Origin: Polyangiales bacterium
GTDB lineage: Bacteria; Myxococcota_A; Polyangia; Polyangiales; Polyangiaceae
DNA length: 64,000 nucleotides
Direction: 5' to 3'
Assembly (NCBI GenBank): GCA_038230375.1
Contig: JBBRNJ010000030.1
Location: forward strand, 29,513 to 93,512
The translations under genes and the position numbers were made by a program. The notes beneath the pieces were generated by a model. The model was not told the origin of the DNA, did not search any database, and saw only the letters and a list, made by a program, of their open reading frames with translations. Below are positions 30,847 to 40,110 of the stretch, piece by piece; position 1 is the stretch's first letter; every line of letters begins with the position of its first letter.

Positions 30847-33525
30847 TTACTTCGGCGGCACGACGGCCGCGCCGGCAGGGACCTTCACCTGCGGCAGCAA
30901 GTCCGTCGTGGCCTTCGGGTTCATGATCTCGAAGAACGCCTGGCGCGCCTGCTCGCCCACGGGGCCGGTCTCGCCGCGGAGCGCCATGAGGACGCCCTTC
31001 TCGCGCATGAACTTGAGGATGACGATGGCCTGATCGCGCTTCTTTGCGTCCTGCCCGAGCCCGTCGCGCATGAGGCGAATGCGGAGCTGCACGCGCGTGA
31101 CCGAGTGCGGACCGTTGTCGTAGTCGATGCCCTGGATGGCGCGCGACAGGATGAGGCGCGGCCAGTCCTGAAGTGCGTCCTTCACGCGGACGTGACCGCA
31201 GGCCTGCGCGTTCGAGATCCAGCGCGCGAGGTCGCCGTTCTCGAAGTTCTTGTCGCTCCAGTAGCCGAAGGTCTGGTTGTAGATGACCTTCAGCTCCTCC
31301 ATGGCGCCGGGATCGTATTCATTGAACATGGCCATCATGCGAGACACGGTGTCGGTGTCGGCGCCGATGAGGATCGCGAGCGCTGCATCCGAGCGCACCG
31401 CCGGGTCCTTGATCAGCTCGAGGAGCTTGCTCGCCGTGGGGCCCTGGACGCCGCCAAAGCCGATCGCGCGCGCGGCCTGGTGGCGCACCTCCAGGTCGGT
31501 GTCGGGCTTGATGAGCTCGACGAGGCCCGCCGTGGCCGAGGGCACCGGACGGTGGATGAGCGACTCCAGGTAGCAAGCGCGGATGAGCGACTCCTTCGGG
31601 TCGGGCTTGGAGAATTTCTTCACCTTGCTGACGACCTCGACCATCTGCTCGTCGGTCGCGACCCACGAGAGGGAGAAGCACGCCTCGAGGCGCGACTGCT
31701 CGTTCTCTTCCGAGTTCTCGATGTACTTGACGAGCGGCGCGTACGCCTTCGAGTCGCCCCACTGCGCGAAGCCGTGCGCCGCGCCCACGCCGATGGCGCG
31801 GAGGGTCATGCCAAGGACCGCGAGCCCGCCCTGCTTGAGCGAGTCCATCGTGGCGTCCACCTTCGCAGGGCGGCGGGTGAGCTGCGACTCGAGGACCGAC
31901 CAGCTCTCCGGGTCCTTCATCCAGCCCAGGTAGCGGAGCCCGCTCTGCGCGGTGGCCCAGCTCTGCGGAAAGTCCTGCTGGCCCGGCTGCGGGAACCTGT
32001 CGCCGGGGTTGGCCCACTTGCGCATCCTGGGCAGCGCATCGCGTGCGTCCGCGGTAGCAAGGAAGCGGAGCGCGTTCGCGTGCGGCTGCGGCTTGTCCGT
32101 GGCCCACGAGAGCACGCCGTCCTCTGCCTGCGAGAGGATCTCAGGACGCTTGTCGGGGAAGAGCATCGCAAGGTCGGCGAGCATGCGCGCGGAGACGACG
32201 CGCTCGTTGTCGTCTTGCATGAACTCCGGGTCGTCCGCCTTGTTGTAGAGCTTCAGCGGGTCCTGCTTCATGCGCCACGCGAGGATCGGAACGGCGCGGA
32301 GATCGCCGACCTCGGCGAGGCGCATGGCGGCCTCGGTCTTCCAGTGCGGCTTCGGATTGGAGTTGATGTACGCGAGCAGCGCATCGCCTGCGCGCGGGTC
32401 TTCCAGATCGCGCATCATGTCGAAGAGCTGCTTCGTCTGGAACTTCTCGCGCTGCGGAGGATCCTTCGCCACGCTGCGGAGCGCAAGGACCAGGCCCTTG
32501 GCGCCGACACCGTCACGCAGCGCCTCCAGGAATTTCTGGCGTGAGTCCTTGTCCGCGCGGGAGAGCGCATTGAGCAGCGGCCCCATGGCCTGCTCGTTCG
32601 CGATCTTGCCCAGACCGACTGCGGCCTCACGACCAACGTCCGCCGACTTGTCGTCGACGAGCTTGATGAGCACGCCCGTGTACTTCGGGTCTGCGTTCTT
32701 CGACAGCATCGTGGAGACGAGCTGGCGAACGCTCTCGCTGTCGTCACCAGCAAGGCTGGCGATCCTGTCGAGCGGGACCATCGCCGCCATGACCTCGGGG
32801 TCGAACGTGGGGTTGCCGTCGAGCTTCTGTACCTTCGCAAGGTGTCCGACGCGGTACTCCTTCATCACCTCGTCAAAGGCGGCGGGCTCGTGCAGCGCGG
32901 CGAGAGACCATGCGATCTGGGGCTTGTCGCCGGAGTCCGCCTCTGCGAGCGCCTTCAAGAGCGCCGGCTTGGCGCTGTCGGCAGCCGGCGAGCCGTACTC
33001 GAGCAGCGCGGAGGCCGCCGTACCGCGGATGCGGTGGTCAACGTTCTCGAGCCCCTTGATGATCAGCGGCAGGCCTGCCGGATCGCGCTCCCATGCGAGC
33101 TGCGCGAACGCCTCTTCCTGCATCTTCGGCACGTCGCTGCGCGCCGCCCACTCGCGCCACTTCGGCATCTGCTGCTCCTTCGTGAGGAGCGCGAGGTTCT
33201 TCTTCTCGTCCGCGATCTGCTTCTGCGTGAGCGATTCCGCGTCCTGCTTCAGGCCGAAGAAGACCGCGAGGCCGACGCCCGCAACGAGCAGCATGCCCAC
33301 GAGGACCGCGACCATGCCGAAGCGACCCTTCTTGAAGTCGCCGTCGCCACCGCCGTAGCCACCACCACCGAAGTTTCCGCCAACGGGTGCGCCGCCGCCG
33401 GGCGGCAAGGCTCCACCGGGCGCGCCACCACTGGGGATGTCCGCGTCATCCGGCGGCCACTTGGCGGCGTAGACTGCCGGGAGGTTCGAAGGCTTCGTGT
33501 GCGGAGCGTGTTGCGGGTGGTTCAT
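30847..33525 (-). CDS. Large HEAT-repeat protein with N-terminal TM anchor
   Basis: Gly/Pro-rich N-terminus, one TM, repeated IR..AA.AL / VR.QAARAIG HEAT motifs. Confidence 0.85.
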   Translation of the reverse strand: MNHPQHAPHTKPSNLPAVYAAKWPPDDADIPSGGAPGGALPPGGGAPVGGNFGGGGYGGGDGDFKKGRFGMVAVLVGMLLVAGVGLAVFFGLKQDAESLTQKQIADEKKNLALLTKEQQMPKWREWAARSDVPKMQEEAFAQLAWERDPAGLPLIIKGLENVDHRIRGTAASALLEYGSPAADSAKPALLKALAEADSGDKPQIAWSLAALHEPAAFDEVMKEYRVGHLAKVQKLDGNPTFDPEVMAAMVPLDRIASLAGDDSESVRQLVSTMLSKNADPKYTGVLIKLVDDKSADVGREAAVGLGKIANEQAMGPLLNALSRADKDSRQKFLEALRDGVGAKGLVLALRSVAKDPPQREKFQTKQLFDMMRDLEDPRAGDALLAYINSNPKPHWKTEAAMRLAEVGDLRAVPILAWRMKQDPLKLYNKADDPEFMQDDNERVVSARMLADLAMLFPDKRPEILSQAEDGVLSWATDKPQPHANALRFLATADARDALPRMRKWANPGDRFPQPGQQDFPQSWATAQSGLRYLGWMKDPESWSVLESQLTRRPAKVDATMDSLKQGGLAVLGMTLRAIGVGAAHGFAQWGDSKAYAPLVKYIENSEENEQSRLEACFSLSWVATDEQMVEVVSKVKKFSKPDPKESLIRACYLESLIHRPVPSATAGLVELIKPDTDLEVRHQAARAIGFGGVQGPTASKLLELIKDPAVRSDAALAILIGADTDTVSRMMAMFNEYDPGAMEELKVIYNQTFGYWSDKNFENGDLARWISNAQACGHVRVKDALQDWPRLILSRAIQGIDYDNGPHSVTRVQLRIRLMRDGLGQDAKKRDQAIVILKFMREKGVLMALRGETGPVGEQARQAFFEIMNPKATTDLLPQVKVPAGAAVVPPK

Positions 33526-33576
33526 GGCGGCGGTTTCCGGGCCGCGACCATAGCAAGAAACAAGATGGGAGGTGGC

Positions 33577-34299
33577 TCAACCTGCGTGGCGTTTTCCGCC
33601 CAGGAACGCGGCGGAAATCGGAATGACCGCCCCAAAATCTCGTGCGCCTGGACCGGGCGGGGGCGGCTCGACAAACGAGAACGGGTCGTCGGAGATACGC
33701 GCGGCCTCGGCGAGCAGGGCCACGAACGTCGCGCCGATGGTCCGAGCGCTTGACAGCCGCGCAGCCGAACGGTGCGCGAAGCATCGGCCGAAGAAGCCGG
33801 AAAGGAGGGCATCCGTCGCGCCGCCGAAGGCATCGGGAACGATGATGGGGAATGCCAGCGCACGGAGAAGCTCGTCGGCGTGCGAGGCCCGAAACGGCAA
33901 CTGCCCATACGTGCAACGATAGAGCAGCACCCCGAACGCCCAGCAGTCGACGCGTGCGTCTGGCGCGAAGCCAAGGAGTGTCTCGGGGGATGCGTAGCCG
34001 GTGGCCGGATCCGGGAACGCGGGCGCACCGCGCGGCGTACCGACATGCGCAAGGCCGAGCACCGTGGCGTGCTCCGAGGGGTCGGCGATCGCGACGTGCA
34101 CGTTCGCGGGCGAGAGCTCGCCATGAATGGCGTCCATCGCGTGCAGCTCCGAGAGGAGCGCGGCGACCTCCGTGGCCAACATGCCGGTCGCGCGCGGGTG
34201 CAGGCGTTCGTCGCGGAGGAGACGCGCCGCCAGTGTCTCGTGCTTCTGATTCAGGGCTATTCGCGTCACGAAGAGACATCCAGCACGGACCGTGCCCAC
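33577..34299 (-). CDS. Kinase C-lobe-only pseudokinase (or decayed kinase)
   Basis: IHGELSPAN in place of HRDLKPxN, no DFG, but GYASPE and D.WAFGVLLY...G.LPF retained; in-frame stop just upstream at about 34327, so no N-lobe. Confidence 0.65.
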   Translation of the reverse strand: MGTVRAGCLFVTRIALNQKHETLAARLLRDERLHPRATGMLATEVAALLSELHAMDAIHGELSPANVHVAIADPSEHATVLGLAHVGTPRGAPAFPDPATGYASPETLLGFAPDARVDCWAFGVLLYRCTYGQLPFRASHADELLRALAFPIIVPDAFGGATDALLSGFFGRCFAHRSAARLSSARTIGATFVALLAEAARISDDPFSFVEPPPPGPGARDFGAVIPISAAFLGGKRHAG

Positions 34300-34407
34300 T
34301 CCGAGATCTCGAAGAGCGCGGGAAAATCAGCACCGAGCGACATTCCCCCACCGTGGATCGTCAACGCGGTGGCGAAAACGACCTCGACTGATGTGGTAGC
34401 TTTTGAG

Positions 34408-35340
34408 ATGCCAATGCCGAAGCGGCGCAGGATGTTCTTCTCGTCCGGCGTGCTCGTGTGCATCGCGATCGCAGCGTCCTGTCGCGAGCCGACCCAGATC
34501 ACGCTGCGCATCACCACGGGTGAGAAATGCAGCGACCTCACGGGCGTCCAGATCGTCGTCGGCTCCGACGCCGAGGTGACACAGAAGCGTTTCAAGGAGC
34601 GCTTCTCCGCGGCCGTCACACACGCCTGCTCGCGAGACGGCACGACCAATCTGATCGGCACGCTGGTGGTGACACCCGGTACGAGCACAGGCACCGTCGT
34701 CGTATCCGCGGGCGTCAGCACCCCGGGCGTGTCGGGTCCCGACCCCGCAGACTGTCTCGACGAAAAATTCGCCAAGCAGTGCATCATCGCGCGGCGCAGC
34801 TTCTCGTTCATCGATCACACGTCGCTCAACCTGCCGATCGATCTCGATCCGCTCTGCGTCGGAAAGGCCTGCGATCCCGCGAGCACCTGCTTCAAGGGCA
34901 CCTGCGTGGACGCCGCCGTGGACTGCAAGGGCTCCAGCTGCGTCCTTCCCGTCGAGAACGGCAACGGCAGCGGCAGCGACGCGAGCTCCTCCGACGGCGC
35001 CTACGACGCCGAAGTTGTCGACGGGGCTGGCCTTGACGGCGGCAACGCCAACGACGGCTCCGGAGACACCGGGAGCACGGTGATGGATAGCTCGTCGACG
35101 ATCGATGCGAAGGGCGTCCCAACGTGCCTCTTCGTGGTGCAGGGCATGAGCATGGTCACGAAGTGTGACGGCAGCCTCGGAGACGTGACGGGCATGGATG
35201 ACTGCATGGGAGGTACACCGCCCATGAACGCGTGCTGCCACTGCACCTGTGGACAGGGCATCAACGTGGGCAACGTCGTGAGCTGCGAGATCGGGTCGGT
35301 GATCGGCTCCAGCTGCCACCCCATCGCGTGCATGCCCTGA
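34408..35340 (+). CDS. Cys-rich lipoprotein, tandem paralog A
   Basis: Lipobox AASC-REPTQITL; D/G/S linker; 10-Cys C-terminal domain. Confidence 0.82.
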   Translation: MPMPKRRRMFFSSGVLVCIAIAASCREPTQITLRITTGEKCSDLTGVQIVVGSDAEVTQKRFKERFSAAVTHACSRDGTTNLIGTLVVTPGTSTGTVVVSAGVSTPGVSGPDPADCLDEKFAKQCIIARRSFSFIDHTSLNLPIDLDPLCVGKACDPASTCFKGTCVDAAVDCKGSSCVLPVENGNGSGSDASSSDGAYDAEVVDGAGLDGGNANDGSGDTGSTVMDSSSTIDAKGVPTCLFVVQGMSMVTKCDGSLGDVTGMDDCMGGTPPMNACCHCTCGQGINVGNVVSCEIGSVIGSSCHPIACMP

Positions 35341-35381
35341 GGTCCGCTGCGCCTGGCTCGTGCTAGACTGGACGCAGCTTC

Positions 35382-36293
35382 ATGCAACGGCAACGGCGGC
35401 TCCTCTTCTCGTTCGGTGTGCTCGCGTGCATCGCGATCGCGGCGTCCTGTCGTGAGCCCACCCAGATCACTCTCCGCGTCACGACCGGTGAGAAATGCAG
35501 CGACCTCACCGGCGTCCAGATCGTCCTGGGCGGAAGCGCGGAGTCGACGGAGACACGCTTCAAGCAGCGCTTTTCGGCCGCCGTCACGCACGCCTGCTCG
35601 GCCGACGGCACCACCAGTCTCATCGGCACGCTGGTGGTGACGCCAGGCACCAGCACCGGCACGGTCGTCGTATCGGCAGGAGTCAGTGCCCCCGGTGCGC
35701 CCGGTCCCGATCCCGCGGACTGCTTCGACGAAAAGTTCGCCAAGCACTGCATCATCGCGCGCCGCAGCTTCTCGTTCATCGATCACACATCGCTCAACCT
35801 GCCGATCGATCTGGATCCGCTCTGCGTCGGCAAGGCCTGCGACCCGGCGAGCACCTGCTTCAAGGGTGCATGCGTCAACGACACGGTTGGCTGTCAGGGC
35901 TCGGACTGCGCCCTTCCGCAGGAGACCGGAAACGGCAGCGGCGGAGACGCGAGCTCCTCCGACGGCACCTACGATGCAGACATGGGCGACGTGATGTCGC
36001 TGCAAGACAGCGGCACGGCCGGCGACGGTGGGTCTCAGATCGTCGACGCAATGCCGGACGCCGACACGGGCACCTACGACGGCCCGGCGCCGCGCTGCGG
36101 CTATGCGGGCGCGTGGTACTGCATGCCCAACGGCACGGAGGGCTTCGGCAGCGGCAAGAAGTGCGATGACTCAACCATGTCCGGGGCGCAGTGCTGTCAC
36201 TGCACGTGCACCAGCGACGCTGGTATCAACACGATCGTGTCGTGCGACGCCTATCAGAGCGCTTTCAATTCGTGTCACCCGACGTGTCAGTGA
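35382..36293 (+). CDS. Cys-rich lipoprotein, tandem paralog B
   Basis: Near-identical to A over the N-terminal about 190 aa; same 10-Cys order at the C-terminus. Confidence 0.85.
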   Translation: MQRQRRLLFSFGVLACIAIAASCREPTQITLRVTTGEKCSDLTGVQIVLGGSAESTETRFKQRFSAAVTHACSADGTTSLIGTLVVTPGTSTGTVVVSAGVSAPGAPGPDPADCFDEKFAKHCIIARRSFSFIDHTSLNLPIDLDPLCVGKACDPASTCFKGACVNDTVGCQGSDCALPQETGNGSGGDASSSDGTYDADMGDVMSLQDSGTAGDGGSQIVDAMPDADTGTYDGPAPRCGYAGAWYCMPNGTEGFGSGKKCDDSTMSGAQCCHCTCTSDAGINTIVSCDAYQSAFNSCHPTCQ

Positions 36294-36360
36294 ACGCAGC
36301 CGTGGTGAGCTGCGACCTGCCCACGGCCTCCGGGACCAGCTGCCAGCCGCCGGGGTGTCC

Positions 36361-37041
36361 GTGAGCGGCGGGCTCCTGGCGCTCGTCCCTGTCGCGGGCA
36401 CCATCGAGCCCGAGTGCGAGGCCTCACTCCAGAAGCTTCGCGCAAAGGGCATCAAGGTCCGCGTCTATCGCGGCTCTTCAGCCATTGATCAGGCGCGCGC
36501 GATGATGGCGTACGACGCGCTCACGGACGGCTTCACGGAGCTGCTCTGGGTGGACTCGGACATCGCATTCGAGCCGTCCGACGTGGACCTGCTCCTTGGG
36601 CACGAAGAGCCGTTCGTCTGCGGCATCTACGCGAAGAAGGGCGTGCGCGCCCTCACGTGTCACCTGATGCCCGGAACCAAGGAGCTGGTGCTCGGAGAGG
36701 AGGGCGGGCTGACGGAGATCCTGTACGCAGCCGGCGGCTTCACGCTCGTTCGCAGCTCCGTGTATTCTACAATCAAAGAGAAGCTCGGCCTTCCCACGTG
36801 CAACGCGCAGTTCGGTGCGCCGTTCGTCCCCTACTACCAGCCCATGGTGAAGGAGACAGACGCGGGCCCCTGGTACCTCGCCGAGGACTTCGCGTTCAGC
36901 GAGCGCGCGCGGCAAGCGGGCTTCTCCGTGAAGGCGGACACGCGCATTCGCCTCAAGCACATTGGCCGTTACGCGTACCAGTGGGAGGACGCGGGGCTCG
37001 AGACGAAGCGCCATCCGCGCTTCCGATTCGTCGTGAAATGA
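36361..37041 (+). CDS. GT-A fold glycosyltransferase-like protein
   Basis: IDQAR, LLWVDSDIAF (DxD), GGFTLVR, EDFAFSERA...G; start uncertain. Confidence 0.75.
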   Translation: MSGGLLALVPVAGTIEPECEASLQKLRAKGIKVRVYRGSSAIDQARAMMAYDALTDGFTELLWVDSDIAFEPSDVDLLLGHEEPFVCGIYAKKGVRALTCHLMPGTKELVLGEEGGLTEILYAAGGFTLVRSSVYSTIKEKLGLPTCNAQFGAPFVPYYQPMVKETDAGPWYLAEDFAFSERARQAGFSVKADTRIRLKHIGRYAYQWEDAGLETKRHPRFRFVVK

Positions 37042-37850
37042 GCAGGTTCCTGCGCGTCAGCCACGACGACCCTCGCGTGGCCGCATACATGAACGTCCGC
37101 GAGAGAGATCTGGTGGGCCGCGAAGGCCGCTTCATTGCGGAGGGGATGAACGTGGTGCGCGTGCTCGTGTCGCCGCGGTCGCTCTATGCGGTGGAGTCCG
37201 TCATGATCTCGGAGAAGCGCGAGGACGCGATCGCGGAGCTCGGCGTGCCGGACCACGTGCCGATCTACTCGCTCGCGCAGGCGGACATGGATCTCCTGAC
37301 GGGCTTTCCCATCCACCGTGGCGTCCTCGCCATCGGCAAGCGGTCAGGAACCGAGAACACCGCGAGCGTGGAGCGCACCACGAGCGCCGGCTCGACCTCC
37401 GCGCTCGTCGTGGCGCTCATGGGCATCGTCAATCATGACAACGTGGGCGGCATCTTCCGCAACGCCGCGGCGTTCGGCGCGGATCTGGTGGTGATGGACG
37501 ACGTGTCGTGCGATCCGCTCTACCGGAAGGCGATCCGCGTTTCGGTGGGCGGCGCGCTCATGGTCCCCATGCGCAGGTTCGAAGGCGCAGCGGCCATGCT
37601 CGAATGGTTGCAGAATGCACATTTCGACGTACTCGCACTGTCGCCGCGAGGCCGCGAGCGCATGGCCGACGTGAAGCGCCAGGGCAAGGCGGCGATCCTG
37701 CTCGGACCCGAGGGACCGGGCTTGCCGGAGGAGCTGCTCGCGAAGCTGCGCACCGTCCGCATTCCGATGAGCCCGGAGTTCGATTCGCTCAACGTCAGCG
37801 TGTCTTCCGGCATCGCCCTTTCGGTGCTCGGCGCGCGGGCGTCGTGGTAG
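37038..37850 (+). CDS. TrmH/SpoU family RNA methyltransferase
   Basis: FIAEG, HRGVLA, NVGGIFRNAAAFG, LGPEGPGL, RIPM...DSLNVS. Confidence 0.93.
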   Translation: MSRFLRVSHDDPRVAAYMNVRERDLVGREGRFIAEGMNVVRVLVSPRSLYAVESVMISEKREDAIAELGVPDHVPIYSLAQADMDLLTGFPIHRGVLAIGKRSGTENTASVERTTSAGSTSALVVALMGIVNHDNVGGIFRNAAAFGADLVVMDDVSCDPLYRKAIRVSVGGALMVPMRRFEGAAAMLEWLQNAHFDVLALSPRGRERMADVKRQGKAAILLGPEGPGLPEELLAKLRTVRIPMSPEFDSLNVSVSSGIALSVLGARASW

Positions 37851-37860
37851 GTGCGTTCGC

Positions 37861-38286
37861 ATGAGCGCAGGCGCGAACGTCGCAGCCAAGACCGTGCTGG
37901 TGTCCGCGGGGATCGTCATCGAGGACGGGCGCGTGCTCCTGTCGCGGCGCAAGGCGGGCGGGCACCTGGCGGGCGCGTGGGAGTTTCCCGGCGGCAAGGT
38001 GGAGGCGGGTGAAGATCCGCGCGACGCGCTCGTGCGCGAGCTGCGCGAGGAGCTCGGCATCGACGTCACCGTGGGCGACGTCGTGGAGTGCACGTTCCAC
38101 CACTACGCAGACGCACAGAAGTCGGTGCTGCTCCTCTTCTTCGCGGCGAAGCGAACGACAGAGAGCCCCGCGCCATCCGCGCTCGACGTGGCGGAGATCC
38201 GGTGGGCGAAGCGGGCGGACCTGCACGACGGGGAGTTCCCGCCAGCAGACGTCGCCGTGCTCGCCAAGGTACGCGAGCGGCTTTGA
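37861..38286 (+). CDS. mutT: NUDIX (d)NTP pyrophosphohydrolase, MutT/NudG-like
   Basis: WEFPGGKVEAGE...[11 protein letters not shown]udix box; FPPAD. Confidence 0.88.
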   Translation: MSAGANVAAKTVLVSAGIVIEDGRVLLSRRKAGGHLAGAWEFPGGKVEAGEDPRDALVRELREELGIDVTVGDVVECTFHHYADAQKSVLLLFFAAKRTTESPAPSALDVAEIRWAKRADLHDGEFPPADVAVLAKVRERL

Positions 38287-38469
38287 TGAAATCTTGATGC
38301 GTCGCGGCGGGCCCGTGGGCCACCGGCCAGGTGGGGGTAGCAGAGACCGTATGCCTGCTGGGAGCGATACTTTTCCTCGTAGACACGTGCCGTTCGGCCT
38401 GGCGAAGGTCTCGTCGCTTCTAGACGGTTGAGACAAGCGTGGCGCGGGCACTGAGCTAGAGTCGGCCGC

Positions 38470-40110
38470 GTGTACGGTCGCACACTGCTTCTCTTGCTCC
38501 CCGCGTTGCTCATGCTCACGCGCGTGGCGGGCGCGGCCACGCCCGAGCCGTGGAGCGACTCAGACCCCATCGCGCCGCCGTCGCGCATCACGATCGGCGA
38601 CTACGGATTCCGCGGCGCCGCCGAGTATCGCGCGAACCTGCTCTACGTGAACCCGCTCGCCCTCTCGTCGGAGAACGAGAACAAGGAGTTCGACATCACC
38701 CACCGCCTTCGCCTGGACGCAGCGGTGGACTGGCAGGACAAGGTGAAGCTCGTAACGTCCGTGGATGTGCTGGACGGCGCGCTCTGGGGTGACAACGGCA
38801 ACCTGGGCAGCGCACCGGAGCCCGTGAGCGGCGCGAACGTCAACGCGAACAACGTGAACGCGGCGCGCACGTGCGTGAAGCAGATCCCGGGCACCAACTC
38901 CGCCGACGCGGCGTCGTACACGCTGGGTCTGTGCGACGCGAGCTACTTCTTCGTGCGACGTCTCTACGGCGAGGTGCTGACACCCATCGGTCTCTTTCGC
39001 GTGGGCCGCCAGCCCTTCACGGAGGGCATGGCCACATCTGTGAACGACGGCGATGGGCGTCGCAACCGCTTCGGCTTCGCAAACCGGGGAAATACAGCCG
39101 ATCGCATCATGTTCGCCACGAAGCCACTCGAGGCGTTCAGCTCCGACAAGGACACGTCGGACAGCCGCGGGCTCTTCCTGATCCTGGCCTACGACCAGCT
39201 GGTCACCGACGATCCGCTGCGCCTCGGCGACGACGTGCACGAGTGGATCACCGCCATGCGGTATCTGCAGCCGGAGGCAGGCGGCGTGAAGCAGCTCGAG
39301 GCGCGCCTCTTCCACACGTACCGCTGGGACGTGCACAACGACACCGCGGTCAACGCGATCGGCGGTCGCCTCACGGGCCGCATCGGCGACTTCTACGTGG
39401 GCGTGGACGGAACCGGGCTGCTCGGGCACACGCGCGAGGTCTCGGAGTCGTTCCGCGTGGTCACGAACGATCCGCCCACCAGCCAGGCGATCCAGCAGTT
39501 CGGCTTTCGCGAGGTCATTCGCTACGACCGCCCGAAGTGGGGCGCGTACCTGGAGCTGGACTATGCGTCGGGTGACTCGGACCCGCGCGTGTCCACGCCG
39601 CTCACGCAGTTCCGATTCGCGGACGACACGAACGTGGGCCTGCTCATGTTCAAGCACACGCTCGCGTACCAGAGCGCGCGCGCTGCTGCAGCGGCCGCCA
39701 GCGTCCTCACGAACCTGAAGGCGCCCACGATCCCGGCGGAGGCGATCGACACGCGCGGCGCATTCACGGACGCGTTCGCGATCTTCCCCCAGGCCGACCT
39801 GCGCATCACGAACGACCTGCTCCTTCGTGGCGGTGTGCTCATGGCCTGGGCGCCGGCGCCTGTGATCGATCCGATCGCATCGCAGCAGCGCCACGTGGAC
39901 GGGACCATCCACAACGTGAACTTTGCAGGAGGCAAGCCAGGCTCGTACTACGGCACGGAGCTCGATGCCCGCATCTCGTACCGCGCGTACGAGCACTTCA
40001 TCCTGGATCTCGAGGGCGCCATGCTGTTCCCCGGCAGCGCGCTCGAGGACGCCGACGGCTACGCCGCGCGGAGCGTGATGGTTCAAGGGAGGACCACCTT
40101 CTTCTTCTGA
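38470..40110 (+). CDS. Outer-membrane beta-barrel protein (alginate-export-like)
   Basis: Signal peptide; VRRLYGEV.TPIG.FRVGRQP, DYASGD, YGTELD; terminal Phe. Confidence 0.75.
   Translation: MYGRTLLLLLPALLMLTRVAGAATPEPWSDSDPIAPPSRITIGDYGFRGAAEYRANLLYVNPLALSSENENKEFDITHRLRLDAAVDWQDKVKLVTSVDVLDGALWGDNGNLGSAPEPVSGANVNANNVNAARTCVKQIPGTNSADAASYTLGLCDASYFFVRRLYGEVLTPIGLFRVGRQPFTEGMATSVNDGDGRRNRFGFANRGNTADRIMFATKPLEAFSSDKDTSDSRGLFLILAYDQLVTDDPLRLGDDVHEWITAMRYLQPEAGGVKQLEARLFHTYRWDVHNDTAVNAIGGRLTGRIGDFYVGVDGTGLLGHTREVSESFRVVTNDPPTSQAIQQFGFREVIRYDRPKWGAYLELDYASGDSDPRVSTPLTQFRFADDTNVGLLMFKHTLAYQSARAAAAAASVLTNLKAPTIPAEAIDTRGAFTDAFAIFPQADLRITNDLLLRGGVLMAWAPAPVIDPIASQQRHVDGTIHNVNFAGGKPGSYYGTELDARISYRAYEHFILDLEGAMLFPGSALEDADGYAARSVMVQGRTTFFF

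Noticed and set aside
34408..36293. Diversity-generating retroelement TR/VR pair
   Set aside because: Differences between the copies are mostly synonymous and not adenine-specific; no reverse transcriptase in the window
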